The notes under the pieces were generated by a model that saw nothing but the letters and a program-made list of their open reading frames with translations, did no database searches and was not told the DNA's origin. This document shows, in pieces, positions 20,746-29,809 of a DNA stretch of 64,000 nt. The stretch covers positions 60,089 through 124,088 of the forward strand of contig JAACTC010000011.1 of the NCBI GenBank assembly GCA_009993635.1, in the 5' to 3' direction. How positions within the stretch are numbered: position 1 is the first letter of the stretch; each line of letters begins with the position of its first letter. The position numbers and the translations under genes were made by a program. Source of the stretch: Erythrobacter sp. Lineage in GTDB: Bacteria > Pseudomonadota > Alphaproteobacteria > Sphingomonadales > Sphingomonadaceae.

Positions 20746-21807
20746 GTGGGCGACATGGGCATGAGAAAAAGCTGGATCGCTGGGGCGCTGGCCATGATGC
20801 TGGGCAGTGCGGGAACCGCTCTGGCCGCGCAGGAAGCCGCGCCTGCGCCAGCCATGCCGCTGGCGGATTATCTCGACAATTCGGGCCGCGCCGATGCCTG
20901 GGCGGGCGGCGAGCAACTGGTGCCGATCACCACGCCGGACGGGCCGCACAATGTCTGGCTCAAACGGATCGGCAACAATCCGGACATGAAGCTGCTGCTG
21001 CTCCACGGCGGGCCGGGCGGGACGAGCGACTATTTCGCCGCCTTCGACAGTTTCATCCCGGCGACCGGCGTCGAATATTACCACTACGACCAGCTCGGCG
21101 CGGGCCGCAGCGACCGGCCGGATAACGACGCGCTGTGGACCATCCCGCGCTTCGTGGACGAGGTCGATCAGGTGCGGCAGGCGATCGGCGGCGATGGATC
21201 GAACTTCTGCCTCCTCGGCCATAGCTGGGGTGGCATCCTCGCCATCGAATACGCGTTGGCCCACCCGGATCGGGTGAAGTGCGTCATCATCTCGAACATG
21301 ATGGCCTCGATCCCCGCCTACAACGCCTATGCCGACACGGTGCTGAAACCGCAGATGGACCCGGCAAAGCTGGCCCGCGTGGAAGCACTGGAGGCGAGCG
21401 GGCAGACCGACGACCCCGATTACATGGGCATTTTGGTGCCCGAATTTTATGAAAAGCACATCCTGCGCCGTCCCGCGTCGGAATGGCCGGTGCCGGTCAA
21501 TCGCGGTTTCGAGGGCCTCAATCCGCACGTCTATGTGCTGATGCAGGGGCCGAGCGAACTGGGCGCGAGCGGTCGGCTGGAAAACTGGGACCGGTTCGAA
21601 GACCTCGCTGAAATCACCGTGCCCACGCTGGTGATTTCGGGCCGGCACGACACGATGGACCCGGCCTATATGGCGCAGATGGCGCAGCAGCTTCCCAACG
21701 GTCAGCTTCTGGCTACCGAGGGCAGCCACATGGCCATGTACGACGACCAGCAGGCCTATTTCGACGGGCTGACCGCCTTCCTCCTCGATCAGGCGACAAA
21801 GGACTGA
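20746..21807 (+). CDS. proline iminopeptidase-family alpha/beta hydrolase, secreted (exact start uncertain)
   Basis: Signal-like N-terminus. LLLLHGGPGGTSDY is present, and GHSWGG is the nucleophile elbow. Confidence 0.72.
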   Translation: MGDMGMRKSWIAGALAMMLGSAGTALAAQEAAPAPAMPLADYLDNSGRADAWAGGEQLVPITTPDGPHNVWLKRIGNNPDMKLLLLHGGPGGTSDYFAAFDSFIPATGVEYYHYDQLGAGRSDRPDNDALWTIPRFVDEVDQVRQAIGGDGSNFCLLGHSWGGILAIEYALAHPDRVKCVIISNMMASIPAYNAYADTVLKPQMDPAKLARVEALEASGQTDDPDYMGILVPEFYEKHILRRPASEWPVPVNRGFEGLNPHVYVLMQGPSELGASGRLENWDRFEDLAEITVPTLVISGRHDTMDPAYMAQMAQQLPNGQLLATEGSHMAMYDDQQAYFDGLTAFLLDQATKD

Positions 21808-21809
21808 GC

Positions 21810-22538
21810 ATGGCAGCCATCGGGATCATCGGGCGCGACGGGCGCATGGGGCAGGCCATCGCCGCGGCGATAGAGCGCGGCGAGCACACGCTGGCAGGCG
21901 GCGCGGACAAGGGCGAGGATGTCGCCGGGCTTGCCGATCGCAGCGACGTACTGATCGACTTTTCCGCGCCCGGCGCGCTGGAAGCCAATCTTCACGCCGC
22001 GATCGGGGCGGGCATTCCGCTGCTGATCGGCACCACCGGGCTGGACGCATCGCACCACCGCGCGATCGACGAGGCCGCGCGCGCGGTGCCCGTGCTGCAA
22101 ACCGGCAACACCTCGCTCGGCGTGACCATGCTGGCGCGGCTGGTTCGCGAGGCAGCGGCGGCGCTGGGCGATGGCTGGGACGTCGAGATCCTGGAAATGC
22201 ACCACCGCAACAAGGTGGACGCGCCATCGGGCACCGCGCTGCTGCTGGGCGAAGCAGCCGCCTCAGGGCGCGGGATCGCGCTTGCCGAAAATAGCGAGCG
22301 CGGGCGCGACGGCCATACCGGCGCGCGCGGCGAGGGCGCCATCGGTTTTGCATCCCTGCGCGGCGGCACCGTGGCGGGCGAGCACAGCGTGATTCTTGCA
22401 GGCGAGGACGAACGGATCGTGCTCAGCCACGTCGCCGAAGACCGCACCCTGTTCGCACGCTGCGCGCTGACCGGCGCAGCATGGCTGATCGGGAGGGAGC
22501 CCGGCCGCTACACGATGGAAGATGTGCTGGGGATCTAG
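21810..22538 (+). CDS. dapB: 4-hydroxy-tetrahydrodipicolinate reductase
   Basis: GRDGRMG, VLIDFSAP, GTTGL and EILEMHHRNKVDAPSGTAL are DapB motifs. Confidence 0.9.
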   Translation: MAAIGIIGRDGRMGQAIAAAIERGEHTLAGGADKGEDVAGLADRSDVLIDFSAPGALEANLHAAIGAGIPLLIGTTGLDASHHRAIDEAARAVPVLQTGNTSLGVTMLARLVREAAAALGDGWDVEILEMHHRNKVDAPSGTALLLGEAAASGRGIALAENSERGRDGHTGARGEGAIGFASLRGGTVAGEHSVILAGEDERIVLSHVAEDRTLFARCALTGAAWLIGREPGRYTMEDVLGI

Positions 22539-22549
22539 GAGAGTGGTGG

Positions 22550-23076
22550 CGTTTTCGTACGACGCTGGTGCCTACGGGTTTGCCCAAGGCCTGAAATCGC
22601 TGTCACTCATGTACCAAGCAGCCAAAAACGCGCTCGAGGAACAGCATAGCCATTTCGAAGAACTGATCGACAAATACCGGAAGGATATCGGTTCTGGTGC
22701 GCCCCAGGTGGGAGAATGGGATGAAGACGGCCACGGTCATCGCCATCTATCACCATTGGGAACGCCATGTTCCGGCAGGGGCACCAGCAGACAGACGTCG
22801 CCATCGCGACTTGAAGGCTGACGCCACAGGTCACTCAATCGAAGTGCATCGCGATATCGATGCGCTTCGGTTCTGCGCGAACTATTTCAAACACGGGAAC
22901 GACGAATGGCGCCGAAAGCTATGCGATATCTGGCCGGAGCGATTTCGAAGCACCTCGGTACACAAGCCAGCTCCGGCTTGGCATCGTACGCTAAAGCTCG
23001 ACGATGATGTGATCGATTGGTTTCTCGAAATCGCAAGAACATCCGAACGACCTATATTCAGCTCCTCACAGACACC
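22550..23076 (+). pseudogene. lower-G+C spacer with two frame-shifted ORF pieces (possible decayed accessory gene)
   Basis: Frame 1 reads ...YQAAKNALEEQHSHFEELIDKYRKDIGSGAPQVGEWDEDG. Protein-like sequence then continues in another frame (TATVIAIYHHWERHV...DALRFCANYFKHGNDEWRRKLCDIWPERF...). No family was recognised. Confidence 0.25.
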
Positions 23077-23757
23077 ATGACCAACGACCAGATCTTCGAA
23101 TTCTTCCGCCGGCTTGCAGAAGGCAACCCATCGCCCGAGACGGAGCTGGAATATGGCAATCCCTATCAGCTGCTGGTGGCGGTAACGCTGAGCGCGCAGG
23201 CGACCGATGTCGGCGTCAACAAGGCGACGCGCGCGCTGTTCGCCGATGTGAAGACGCCTCAAGCGATGCTCGATCTGGGCGAAGACGGGCTCAAGGCACA
23301 CATCAAGACCATCGGCCTGTTCAACTCCAAGGCGAAGAACGTGATCGCGATGGCGCGCCTGCTGGTGGACGAGCATGGCGGCGAGGTGCCGCAGACGCGC
23401 GAGCAGCTGGTCACGCTGCCCGGCGTGGGCCGCAAGACGGCCAATGTCGTGCTCAACTGCGCCTTCGGGCAGGAAACCTTCGCGGTCGACACGCATATCT
23501 TCCGCGTCGGCAACCGTACCGGCCTTGCCAAGGGCAAGACGCCCGAGGCGGTCGAGGCGAAGCTGGAGAAGCGCGTCCCCGGCTCCTTCCGCCTGCACGC
23601 GCATCATTGGCTGATCCTGCACGGCCGCTACGTTTGCAAGGCGCGCACGCCCGAATGCTGGCGCTGCGAGGTCGCCGACCTGTGCAGCTTCCGCAAGAAG
23701 GTGCTAGAACCGCCAAGATCGCAGCGCGCCAAAGCGCGGCTGAAGGAGGATGGATGA
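23077..23757 (+). CDS. nth: endonuclease III
   Basis: LLVAVTLSAQATD, the HhH-GPD segment LPGVGRKTANVVL and the FeS cluster CxxxxxxCxxCxxxxxC (CKARTPECWRCEVADLC) are present. Confidence 0.92.
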   Translation: MTNDQIFEFFRRLAEGNPSPETELEYGNPYQLLVAVTLSAQATDVGVNKATRALFADVKTPQAMLDLGEDGLKAHIKTIGLFNSKAKNVIAMARLLVDEHGGEVPQTREQLVTLPGVGRKTANVVLNCAFGQETFAVDTHIFRVGNRTGLAKGKTPEAVEAKLEKRVPGSFRLHAHHWLILHGRYVCKARTPECWRCEVADLCSFRKKVLEPPRSQRAKARLKEDG

Positions 23758-24179
23758 TGAAATATGCGGCACCACTTGCAGGCGTGATCGTACTTGCGGC
23801 GTGCGCTCCGGTCGTTGAACCGCGGACGCCCGTGGCCGCGGTGGAACCCGCCGTAGAGATCGCGGGCGAGTCACGGACCTGCGTCAACGCATCGAGCATC
23901 CGCAGCACCAGCGTGCGCGGCGACGGGGTGATCGATTTCACGCTCACCGGTGGCGACGTGTATCGCAACGCTCTTGGCGGGGGGTGCCCCGCGCTTCGGC
24001 GGAACGACGCGATTTCCTACGACGTGCGCGGCGGCAGCCTGTGCCAGGGCGAGATCGTGTATCGCCTGGATACCTACGGCAATCGCCTGTCGCGCGGCGC
24101 GGGGTGCGGTCTGGGAGAATTCGTGCCGGTCGAATATGTCGATCAGGTCAGCGATGGCCCGACGATCATGGGCGAGTGA
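23754..24179 (+). CDS. lipoprotein of unknown function
   Basis: MMKYAAPLAGVIVLAAC is a lipobox. The mature part contains Cys residues. Confidence 0.5.
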   Translation: MMKYAAPLAGVIVLAACAPVVEPRTPVAAVEPAVEIAGESRTCVNASSIRSTSVRGDGVIDFTLTGGDVYRNALGGGCPALRRNDAISYDVRGGSLCQGEIVYRLDTYGNRLSRGAGCGLGEFVPVEYVDQVSDGPTIMGE

Positions 24180-24182
24180 GGG

Positions 24183-24497
24183 CTAGAGACAACCGCCGCA
24201 ACAGTGACACGCCCAGATCAGGGTGAAGATGAAGATGCTTCCCAAGCCCAAGGGAACATAGCAGGCGGTCAGCACCGCCTTGGTCCATCGTCCGACGGGC
24301 AGAAGGTGAATACCGGCGATCCCCGCTGCCAGGAATCCTCCTGGAACCAGCCACCAGCCGTGATCGTCGAGCCACCCTCGAATCGCTCCTTGCGGCGAAG
24401 CAGGTTTTGAGAAGTCCGGTGGCGCGGAGAAAATGGTGATTGTGGCGACGGGCAAAGCCACGACCAGAAGGAGGCAAAGCGCGATGCGCCATGCCAT
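24183..24497 (-). CDS. small membrane protein with Cys-rich C-terminus (hypothetical)
   Basis: Begins MAWRIALCLLLVVALPVATITIF, has two further hydrophobic segments and ends in WACHCCGGCL. Start uncertain. Confidence 0.3.
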   Translation of the reverse strand: MAWRIALCLLLVVALPVATITIFSAPPDFSKPASPQGAIRGWLDDHGWWLVPGGFLAAGIAGIHLLPVGRWTKAVLTACYVPLGLGSIFIFTLIWACHCCGGCL

Positions 24498-24525
24498 CTC
24501 GCCTGCCGAAAAGCTCCGCTCCCCC

Positions 24526-25806
24526 TCAGACGTCATCCGCGCTGGCGAGCTCTGTCTTGTCGATCTCGCCCAGCATGGTCGCGGTTGCAACGGTTACCGT
24601 CGCATCGCCGGTGACGTTGGTGGCGGTGCGCATCATGTCCATTATCCGGTCCACGCCCGCCACGAAGGCGATGGTTTCCAGCGGAACGCCGACTGCGGTG
24701 AAGATCGCGCCCATCATCACCAGCCCGCCGCCGGGAATGCCCGCGGCGCCGATCGAGCCGACCGTCGCCAGCAGCGCGATCATGCCATAGTCCGCCCAGC
24801 TCAGGTCCACCCCGAAGATCTGCGCACCGAACAGCGTCGCCAGCCCCAGATACATTGCGGTGCCATCCATGTTGATGGTCGAGCCCAGCGAGACGATGAA
24901 GCTGGAGGTCGGGCGGCTGACGCCCAGATTGCGCTGTGTGCAGCGCAGCGTCACGGGCAGGGTCGCGCTGGAGCTGGCGGTCGAATAGGCGACCGCAATC
25001 GCGTCGATCATCCCGCGGAAGAAGCCGGTGACCGACACCCGCGACAGCAGCAGGATCGCGACATACATGATCGCGATGATCAGCACGCAGCCGCCGTAAT
25101 TGAGCGCGACCAGCTTGCCCAGCGCGGTCACCGCATCGAGGCCGAGCGTGCCGACCACCCAGGCGATCAGCGCGAAGACGCCGAAGGGCGTTAGCTCCAT
25201 GATGACCATGGTCACCTTCTGGAAGATGACGGCCCCGGCATCGAACGCCCGCGCCACGGCCGCCACGGCGCCCCGAGTCGCACCCGGCGTGTCCGCGTTC
25301 TCGGTGTCCTCGTCCCGCCGGGCGAGCAGGATGCCCACGCCCACCAGCAGGGAGAACACGATCAGCGGCAGCACGTTGACGTCCGCCATAACCTTCACCG
25401 GGCTGACGGGGATCATCGAGCGGAGCATTTCGCGCCAGTCGAAGGGTGCGGGCTCGGGCACCACGCCCATCTCGATCCCGCTGGTGTCGAGGCCGATGCC
25501 CGGCGCGAAGAACGTGCCCAGCCCCAGCCCCAGCCACACCGCGATCTGGCCGGTGATGACGAACAGGAGGATCGCGCGCCAGCCGACGCTGCCCAGTTTG
25601 CCCAGATCGCCGATCGCGGTCACGCCGGACACCAGGCTGAAGAAGATCAGCGGGACGATCAGCATCTTGATGAAGTCGATGAAGATGTCGCCGACGATCT
25701 TGATGCTCGCGGCACCTTCGCCCCAGAAATACCCCACGATCGCGCCAAGGATCAGCGCGAGCAGCACGCGCGCCCACAGCGGAGTGGCGAACCAGGCCTT
25801 GAACAT
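24526..25806 (-). CDS. dicarboxylate/amino acid:cation symporter (DAACS family)
   Basis: 426-aa polytopic protein. SSSATLPVTL, INMDGTA and AGIPGGGLV are DAACS signatures. Confidence 0.87.
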   Translation of the reverse strand: MFKAWFATPLWARVLLALILGAIVGYFWGEGAASIKIVGDIFIDFIKMLIVPLIFFSLVSGVTAIGDLGKLGSVGWRAILLFVITGQIAVWLGLGLGTFFAPGIGLDTSGIEMGVVPEPAPFDWREMLRSMIPVSPVKVMADVNVLPLIVFSLLVGVGILLARRDEDTENADTPGATRGAVAAVARAFDAGAVIFQKVTMVIMELTPFGVFALIAWVVGTLGLDAVTALGKLVALNYGGCVLIIAIMYVAILLLSRVSVTGFFRGMIDAIAVAYSTASSSATLPVTLRCTQRNLGVSRPTSSFIVSLGSTINMDGTAMYLGLATLFGAQIFGVDLSWADYGMIALLATVGSIGAAGIPGGGLVMMGAIFTAVGVPLETIAFVAGVDRIMDMMRTATNVTGDATVTVATATMLGEIDKTELASADDV

Positions 25807-25873
25807 CGAAATCCCCCTAGAAGTCCTGCTGCACTAGTGCCGGTGCACGAGGGGGACGGCAAGCCTTACCCGA

Positions 25874-27007
25874 TCAGCTCTCCAGCGCGGCGCGCGCAAT
25901 CCGGGCATAGATCCGCGCCAGAACCGCAAGATCGGCCACCGCGACCGCTTCGTCGCGCTTGTGCATGGTCGCGTTGATCAGGCCGAATTCGATCACCGGG
26001 CAGACTGCGCGCAGGAAACGCGCGTCCGACGTGCCGCCCGTGGTCGATGGTTCTGGCGTTACGCCGGTCTCCGCCTCCACCGCATCGCTGACCATTTGCG
26101 AGAATGCGCCGGGCGGGGTCAGGAAAGGCTCGCCCGAGATCACGGGCCGCACGTCCACCTGATGCCTTGCGCAGATTGCGGTCACCTGCTCGCTCAGCGA
26201 AACGCCCGAATGCAGATCGTTGAAGCGAATGGAGAGCCGCGCGCGTGCCTCGCCGGGGATCACGTTGTGCGCCGGATTGCCGACCTCGATATCGGTGATC
26301 TCCAGATTGCTCGGCTGGAACCAGTCCGTACCCTCATCCAGCTCCAGCGCATTCAGCTCCGCCATCGCCGCGACGAGGCGCGGGATCGGATTGTCGGCCA
26401 GATGCGGATAGGCGACATGGCCCTGCGTGCCCTTCGCGCTGAGCCACATATTCACCGATCCGCGCCGGCCGATCTTCATCATGTCGCCCAGCCGGTTGAC
26501 GCTGGTCGGCTCGCCGACAAGGCACAGGTCGGGCGCGTGGCCCTCGCTGCGCATGAAATCGATCAGCGCGCGGGTGCCGTGCAGCGCGGGCCCTTCCTCG
26601 TCGCCGGTGATGATGAAGCTGATCGTCCCGGCATCGGCAGGCACATCGGCCACCGCGGCGACCATGCAGGCGATCGCGCCCTTCATGTCGACCGCGCCGC
26701 GCCCGTAGAGAAGGTCGCCCCTGATTTCGGGCTCGAACGCCCCGCTCGCCCAGCCCTCGCCCGGCGGCACCACGTCGAGGTGCCCGGCAAAGGCGAGGTG
26801 CTTTGGCCCTGCGCCCTTGCGGATGGCGAACAGGTTTTCGACCGGGGCTTCGTCGCTGCCTGCGGCCCCATCGCCACGCGTGAAGCGGTGGACGGTGAAA
26901 CCCAGCGGCTCCAGCATCGCCTGCATTGCATCGAACACCGCGCCGGTGGCGGGGGTAACGCTGGGCGCGGCAATCAGCCGCTTGGCGAGTTCGAGAACAT
27001 CAGTCAT
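25874..27007 (-). CDS. dapE: succinyl-diaminopimelate desuccinylase
   Basis: MTDVLELAKRLIAAPSVTP, AFAGHLDVVPPG and ITGDEEG are M20 family/DapE motifs. Confidence 0.87.
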   Translation of the reverse strand: MTDVLELAKRLIAAPSVTPATGAVFDAMQAMLEPLGFTVHRFTRGDGAAGSDEAPVENLFAIRKGAGPKHLAFAGHLDVVPPGEGWASGAFEPEIRGDLLYGRGAVDMKGAIACMVAAVADVPADAGTISFIITGDEEGPALHGTRALIDFMRSEGHAPDLCLVGEPTSVNRLGDMMKIGRRGSVNMWLSAKGTQGHVAYPHLADNPIPRLVAAMAELNALELDEGTDWFQPSNLEITDIEVGNPAHNVIPGEARARLSIRFNDLHSGVSLSEQVTAICARHQVDVRPVISGEPFLTPPGAFSQMVSDAVEAETGVTPEPSTTGGTSDARFLRAVCPVIEFGLINATMHKRDEAVAVADLAVLARIYARIARAALES

Positions 27008-27036
27008 GCCTCGTGCGCTAGCAGGAGACTTCGCCG

Positions 27037-27504
27037 ATGCCCAAGCTCGATCTCGATGCAATCCCGCAGACCAATGCGACCGGCTACCCCGCGCCGTACG
27101 ATACCGAGGTGGAGGGGCGCTGGTATCGCCGCCTCGCGCCGGTCGCCGGGCTGACGCGCATGGGGGCGAGCCATGTGACGTTGAAGCCCGGTGCCTGGTC
27201 GAGCCAACGGCACTGGCACCGCGAGGAAGACGAGCTGGTGGTGATGCTGGCGGGGGAGGCCGTGCTGGTGGAGGATGGCGGCGAAACCATCATCCGCCCC
27301 GGCGATGTGGTCGCATGGGCAGCCGGCGATGATAACGGCCACCACCTCCAGAACCGCAGCAATTCCGACTGCGTGTTCGTGGCGATCGGCGCGGGGCCAA
27401 AGGATCGCGACTCGGGCGAATATCCCGATATCGACATGGTGTTCGACGCCGATGGCTACTCGCACAAGGACGGCACGCGCTATGCCGCAAAGCGCACCCC
27501 CTGA
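27037..27504 (+). CDS. cupin domain protein
   Basis: The cupin core reads HWHREEDELVVMLAGEAVLVEDGGETIIRPGDVVAWAAG. Confidence 0.6.
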   Translation: MPKLDLDAIPQTNATGYPAPYDTEVEGRWYRRLAPVAGLTRMGASHVTLKPGAWSSQRHWHREEDELVVMLAGEAVLVEDGGETIIRPGDVVAWAAGDDNGHHLQNRSNSDCVFVAIGAGPKDRDSGEYPDIDMVFDADGYSHKDGTRYAAKRTP

Positions 27505-27515
27505 GAGGAACCCGA

Positions 27516-28403
27516 CTAGTCGCGGGTCGGTTCGGGCAGCGGACCGGGCTCCATCGCGCGGTCGAGCAGTTCGGCAATCCGCAGCCCCGCCTGCGTAACG
27601 CGGCGCTGCGAAACGGGGATCGCCGCCTCGATAGCCTGCTGCGTCAGCACGGTCTCATCGGCCAACGGCCCGTCCGTCGGGCTACGCCCGAAGGCGTTGG
27701 GGTAGACAAAATCGCGCGCGGTCTCCCAGCTCTCGCGGCCCCAGTCGGCGGGGCCGCCGCCCGCCAGTTCGGCGCGCTCGGCGGCGGAGTAGCGGCGCAC
27801 CAGCGATGGCTGCGCGGACGTGATCGCACGTTCGGCCAGCGCCCCGTCCCATATCGAGTGGAGGTTCAGCCCCGGCGCAATGCCATAGGCGGCCTCGCGA
27901 TCGTTGCCGCCCCGGTCGTCCAGATCGCCCGAATGCAGCGGCATGTGGATGTCGCCTGCGAAGTGAACGACGAAGGCCAGTGCTTGCAGCCGGACATTGT
28001 CCGGCAGGCTTTCATCCGCGAGGATGCGCAAATTGCGCTCGATCTGGGCGCTGACGCAATTGCCGCCGGAGCAGTTCTTGCGCGCGTCGTACTCCTCGGT
28101 CACCGGCTCGGTCTGGTAGTGCCACGGCGCGGTATAGCCCCAGCGCCAGCCCTCGCGCCGGACGCAATCGGGCCAGGTTGCCGCTTCGACCAGATTGCTC
28201 AGCGCACAGTCGGGCGTGCCGATCAGCGGCTCGGCAGCGAACAGCCGGTCCAGCTTGGCGCGCGTTTCGGGCCGGACATTGGCAAGCGCGATCTCGCCAG
28301 TGATACCATGGGCGTAGAAGCCCCAGGCATTCCCGGCACTCGGCAGCAGCAGCGCGATTCCCGCCAGCGCCGCGCCGATGCGCAGCCCCAGGCCCCGGCT
28401 CAT
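27516..28403 (-). CDS. secreted S1/P1-family nuclease
   Basis: A signal peptide is followed by WGFYAHGITGEIA. HFAGDIHMPLH and GGN are S1/P1 metal-binding motifs. The start overlaps the upstream GST stop (ATGA). Confidence 0.75.
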   Translation of the reverse strand: MSRGLGLRIGAALAGIALLLPSAGNAWGFYAHGITGEIALANVRPETRAKLDRLFAAEPLIGTPDCALSNLVEAATWPDCVRREGWRWGYTAPWHYQTEPVTEEYDARKNCSGGNCVSAQIERNLRILADESLPDNVRLQALAFVVHFAGDIHMPLHSGDLDDRGGNDREAAYGIAPGLNLHSIWDGALAERAITSAQPSLVRRYSAAERAELAGGGPADWGRESWETARDFVYPNAFGRSPTDGPLADETVLTQQAIEAAIPVSQRRVTQAGLRIAELLDRAMEPGPLPEPTRD

Positions 28404-29080
28404 GTCTGTGGCACGCTTTCGTATTGCTCGATGACCCATTGTTCGTCCTCGGCGGCGGCAATCCATTGCTGGAGCCAGTCGTGCGTCCAGACCGCCTGCA
28501 TGTAGCTTTCGGCAAAGCCCGGCACGCCGAAGCCATAGGTGATGAACCGGCTGACGACGGGCGCGTAGAAAATGTCCGCCGCACCGAACGTGCCGAACAG
28601 GAACGGCCCGCCGCTGCCAAACCGCGCGCGCGCCTCGGCCCACAGGCCAAGGATGCGCACCACGTCCTGCCGCGTCGACTCGGAGATTTTCACCCCCTTG
28701 TGCCGGGTGCGGATATTCATCGGGCACTCGCGCCGCAGCGACAGGTATGAGCTGTGCATTTCCGCAACCATCGCACGCGCCATCGCCCGCGCGTTGTCCT
28801 GCTTGGGCCAGAACCGGTCGCGCCCCACCTTGTCGCCGAGGTATTCGAGGATCGCCAGGCTGTCCCACACGACGGCGCCCTCGTCGCCATCGCCATCCCA
28901 CAGGATCGGCACCTTGCCCGAAGACGGGGTCAGATCGCCATCGCCGCGCCGGATCGCATCCCAGTCCTCGCCGAACAGCGGCACCAGGATTTCCTCGAAG
29001 GAAAGCCCGGACTGCTTGCACGCAAGCCAGCCGCGCAGGCTCCAGCTGGAATAGTTCTTGTTGCCGATGATCAGTTTCAT
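28400..29080 (-). CDS. glutathione S-transferase family protein
   Basis: MKLIIGNKNYSSWSLRGWLACKQSGL..., GKVPIL and WDSLAILEYL indicate a GST N-terminal fold. Confidence 0.75.
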   Translation of the reverse strand: MKLIIGNKNYSSWSLRGWLACKQSGLSFEEILVPLFGEDWDAIRRGDGDLTPSSGKVPILWDGDGDEGAVVWDSLAILEYLGDKVGRDRFWPKQDNARAMARAMVAEMHSSYLSLRRECPMNIRTRHKGVKISESTRQDVVRILGLWAEARARFGSGGPFLFGTFGAADIFYAPVVSRFITYGFGVPGFAESYMQAVWTHDWLQQWIAAAEDEQWVIEQYESVPQT

Positions 29081-29156
29081 GTCGTCGCGGGCCGCGTCCT
29101 CGTGTCTTGGGTGGCGGTTAGAGCGCCGCTCCGGCTCTGTCGAGCATAGCGCGAGC

Positions 29157-29804
29157 CTAGGGCGTCAGCGCGTCGGCCACCACGGCCGCGCGCAGGGCGG
29201 CGATGCCCTGTCCCTTTTCGGCACTGGTGAGGTGGATCTCGGGAAAGGCCGCAGGGTGTTTCTTCGCCTCGGCGGCCACCGCTTCGGCGGTTTGCGCCAG
29301 CGCGCTGGCCTTGATCTTGTCGCTCTTGGTCAGGACGATGCGATAGCCAACCGCCGCTTCGTCCAGCATCTTCATCATCGCGCGGTCGGTGTCTTTCAGC
29401 CCATGACGGCTGTCGACCAGCACCAGCGTACGTGCCAGCACGGGCCGCCCGCGCAGGTAGGTACGCACGAGGTTCTGCCATTTCTCGACCACGCTCTTGG
29501 GTGCCTTGGCGAAACCGTAGCCCGGCATGTCGACCAGGCGGAACTGCGTGGGCGCGCCGACTTCGAAGATGTTGAGCTCCTGCGTGCGCCCCGGCGTGAC
29601 GGAGGCACGCGCGATGCCCTTGCGCATGGTCAGCGCGTTGAGCAGCGAGCTCTTGCCCACGTTGGACCGGCCCGCCAGCGCGATTTCGGGCACGGTCGGT
29701 TCGGGCAGGAACTTAAGCTGCGGGGCCGACAGCAGAAACTCCACCCGGCCCGAGACCATGCGTGCAGCGGCGATCTCTTCCTGCGTTTGCGGGCCGGTAT
29801 CCAT
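29157..29804 (-). CDS. yihA: ribosome biogenesis GTP-binding protein YihA/EngB
   Basis: GRSNVGKSSLLNAL is the G1 motif. DMPGYGFA and TKSDK are the G3 and G4 motifs. Confidence 0.87.
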   Translation of the reverse strand: MDTGPQTQEEIAAARMVSGRVEFLLSAPQLKFLPEPTVPEIALAGRSNVGKSSLLNALTMRKGIARASVTPGRTQELNIFEVGAPTQFRLVDMPGYGFAKAPKSVVEKWQNLVRTYLRGRPVLARTLVLVDSRHGLKDTDRAMMKMLDEAAVGYRIVLTKSDKIKASALAQTAEAVAAEAKKHPAAFPEIHLTSAEKGQGIAALRAAVVADALTP

Positions 29805-29809
29805 TGCGC

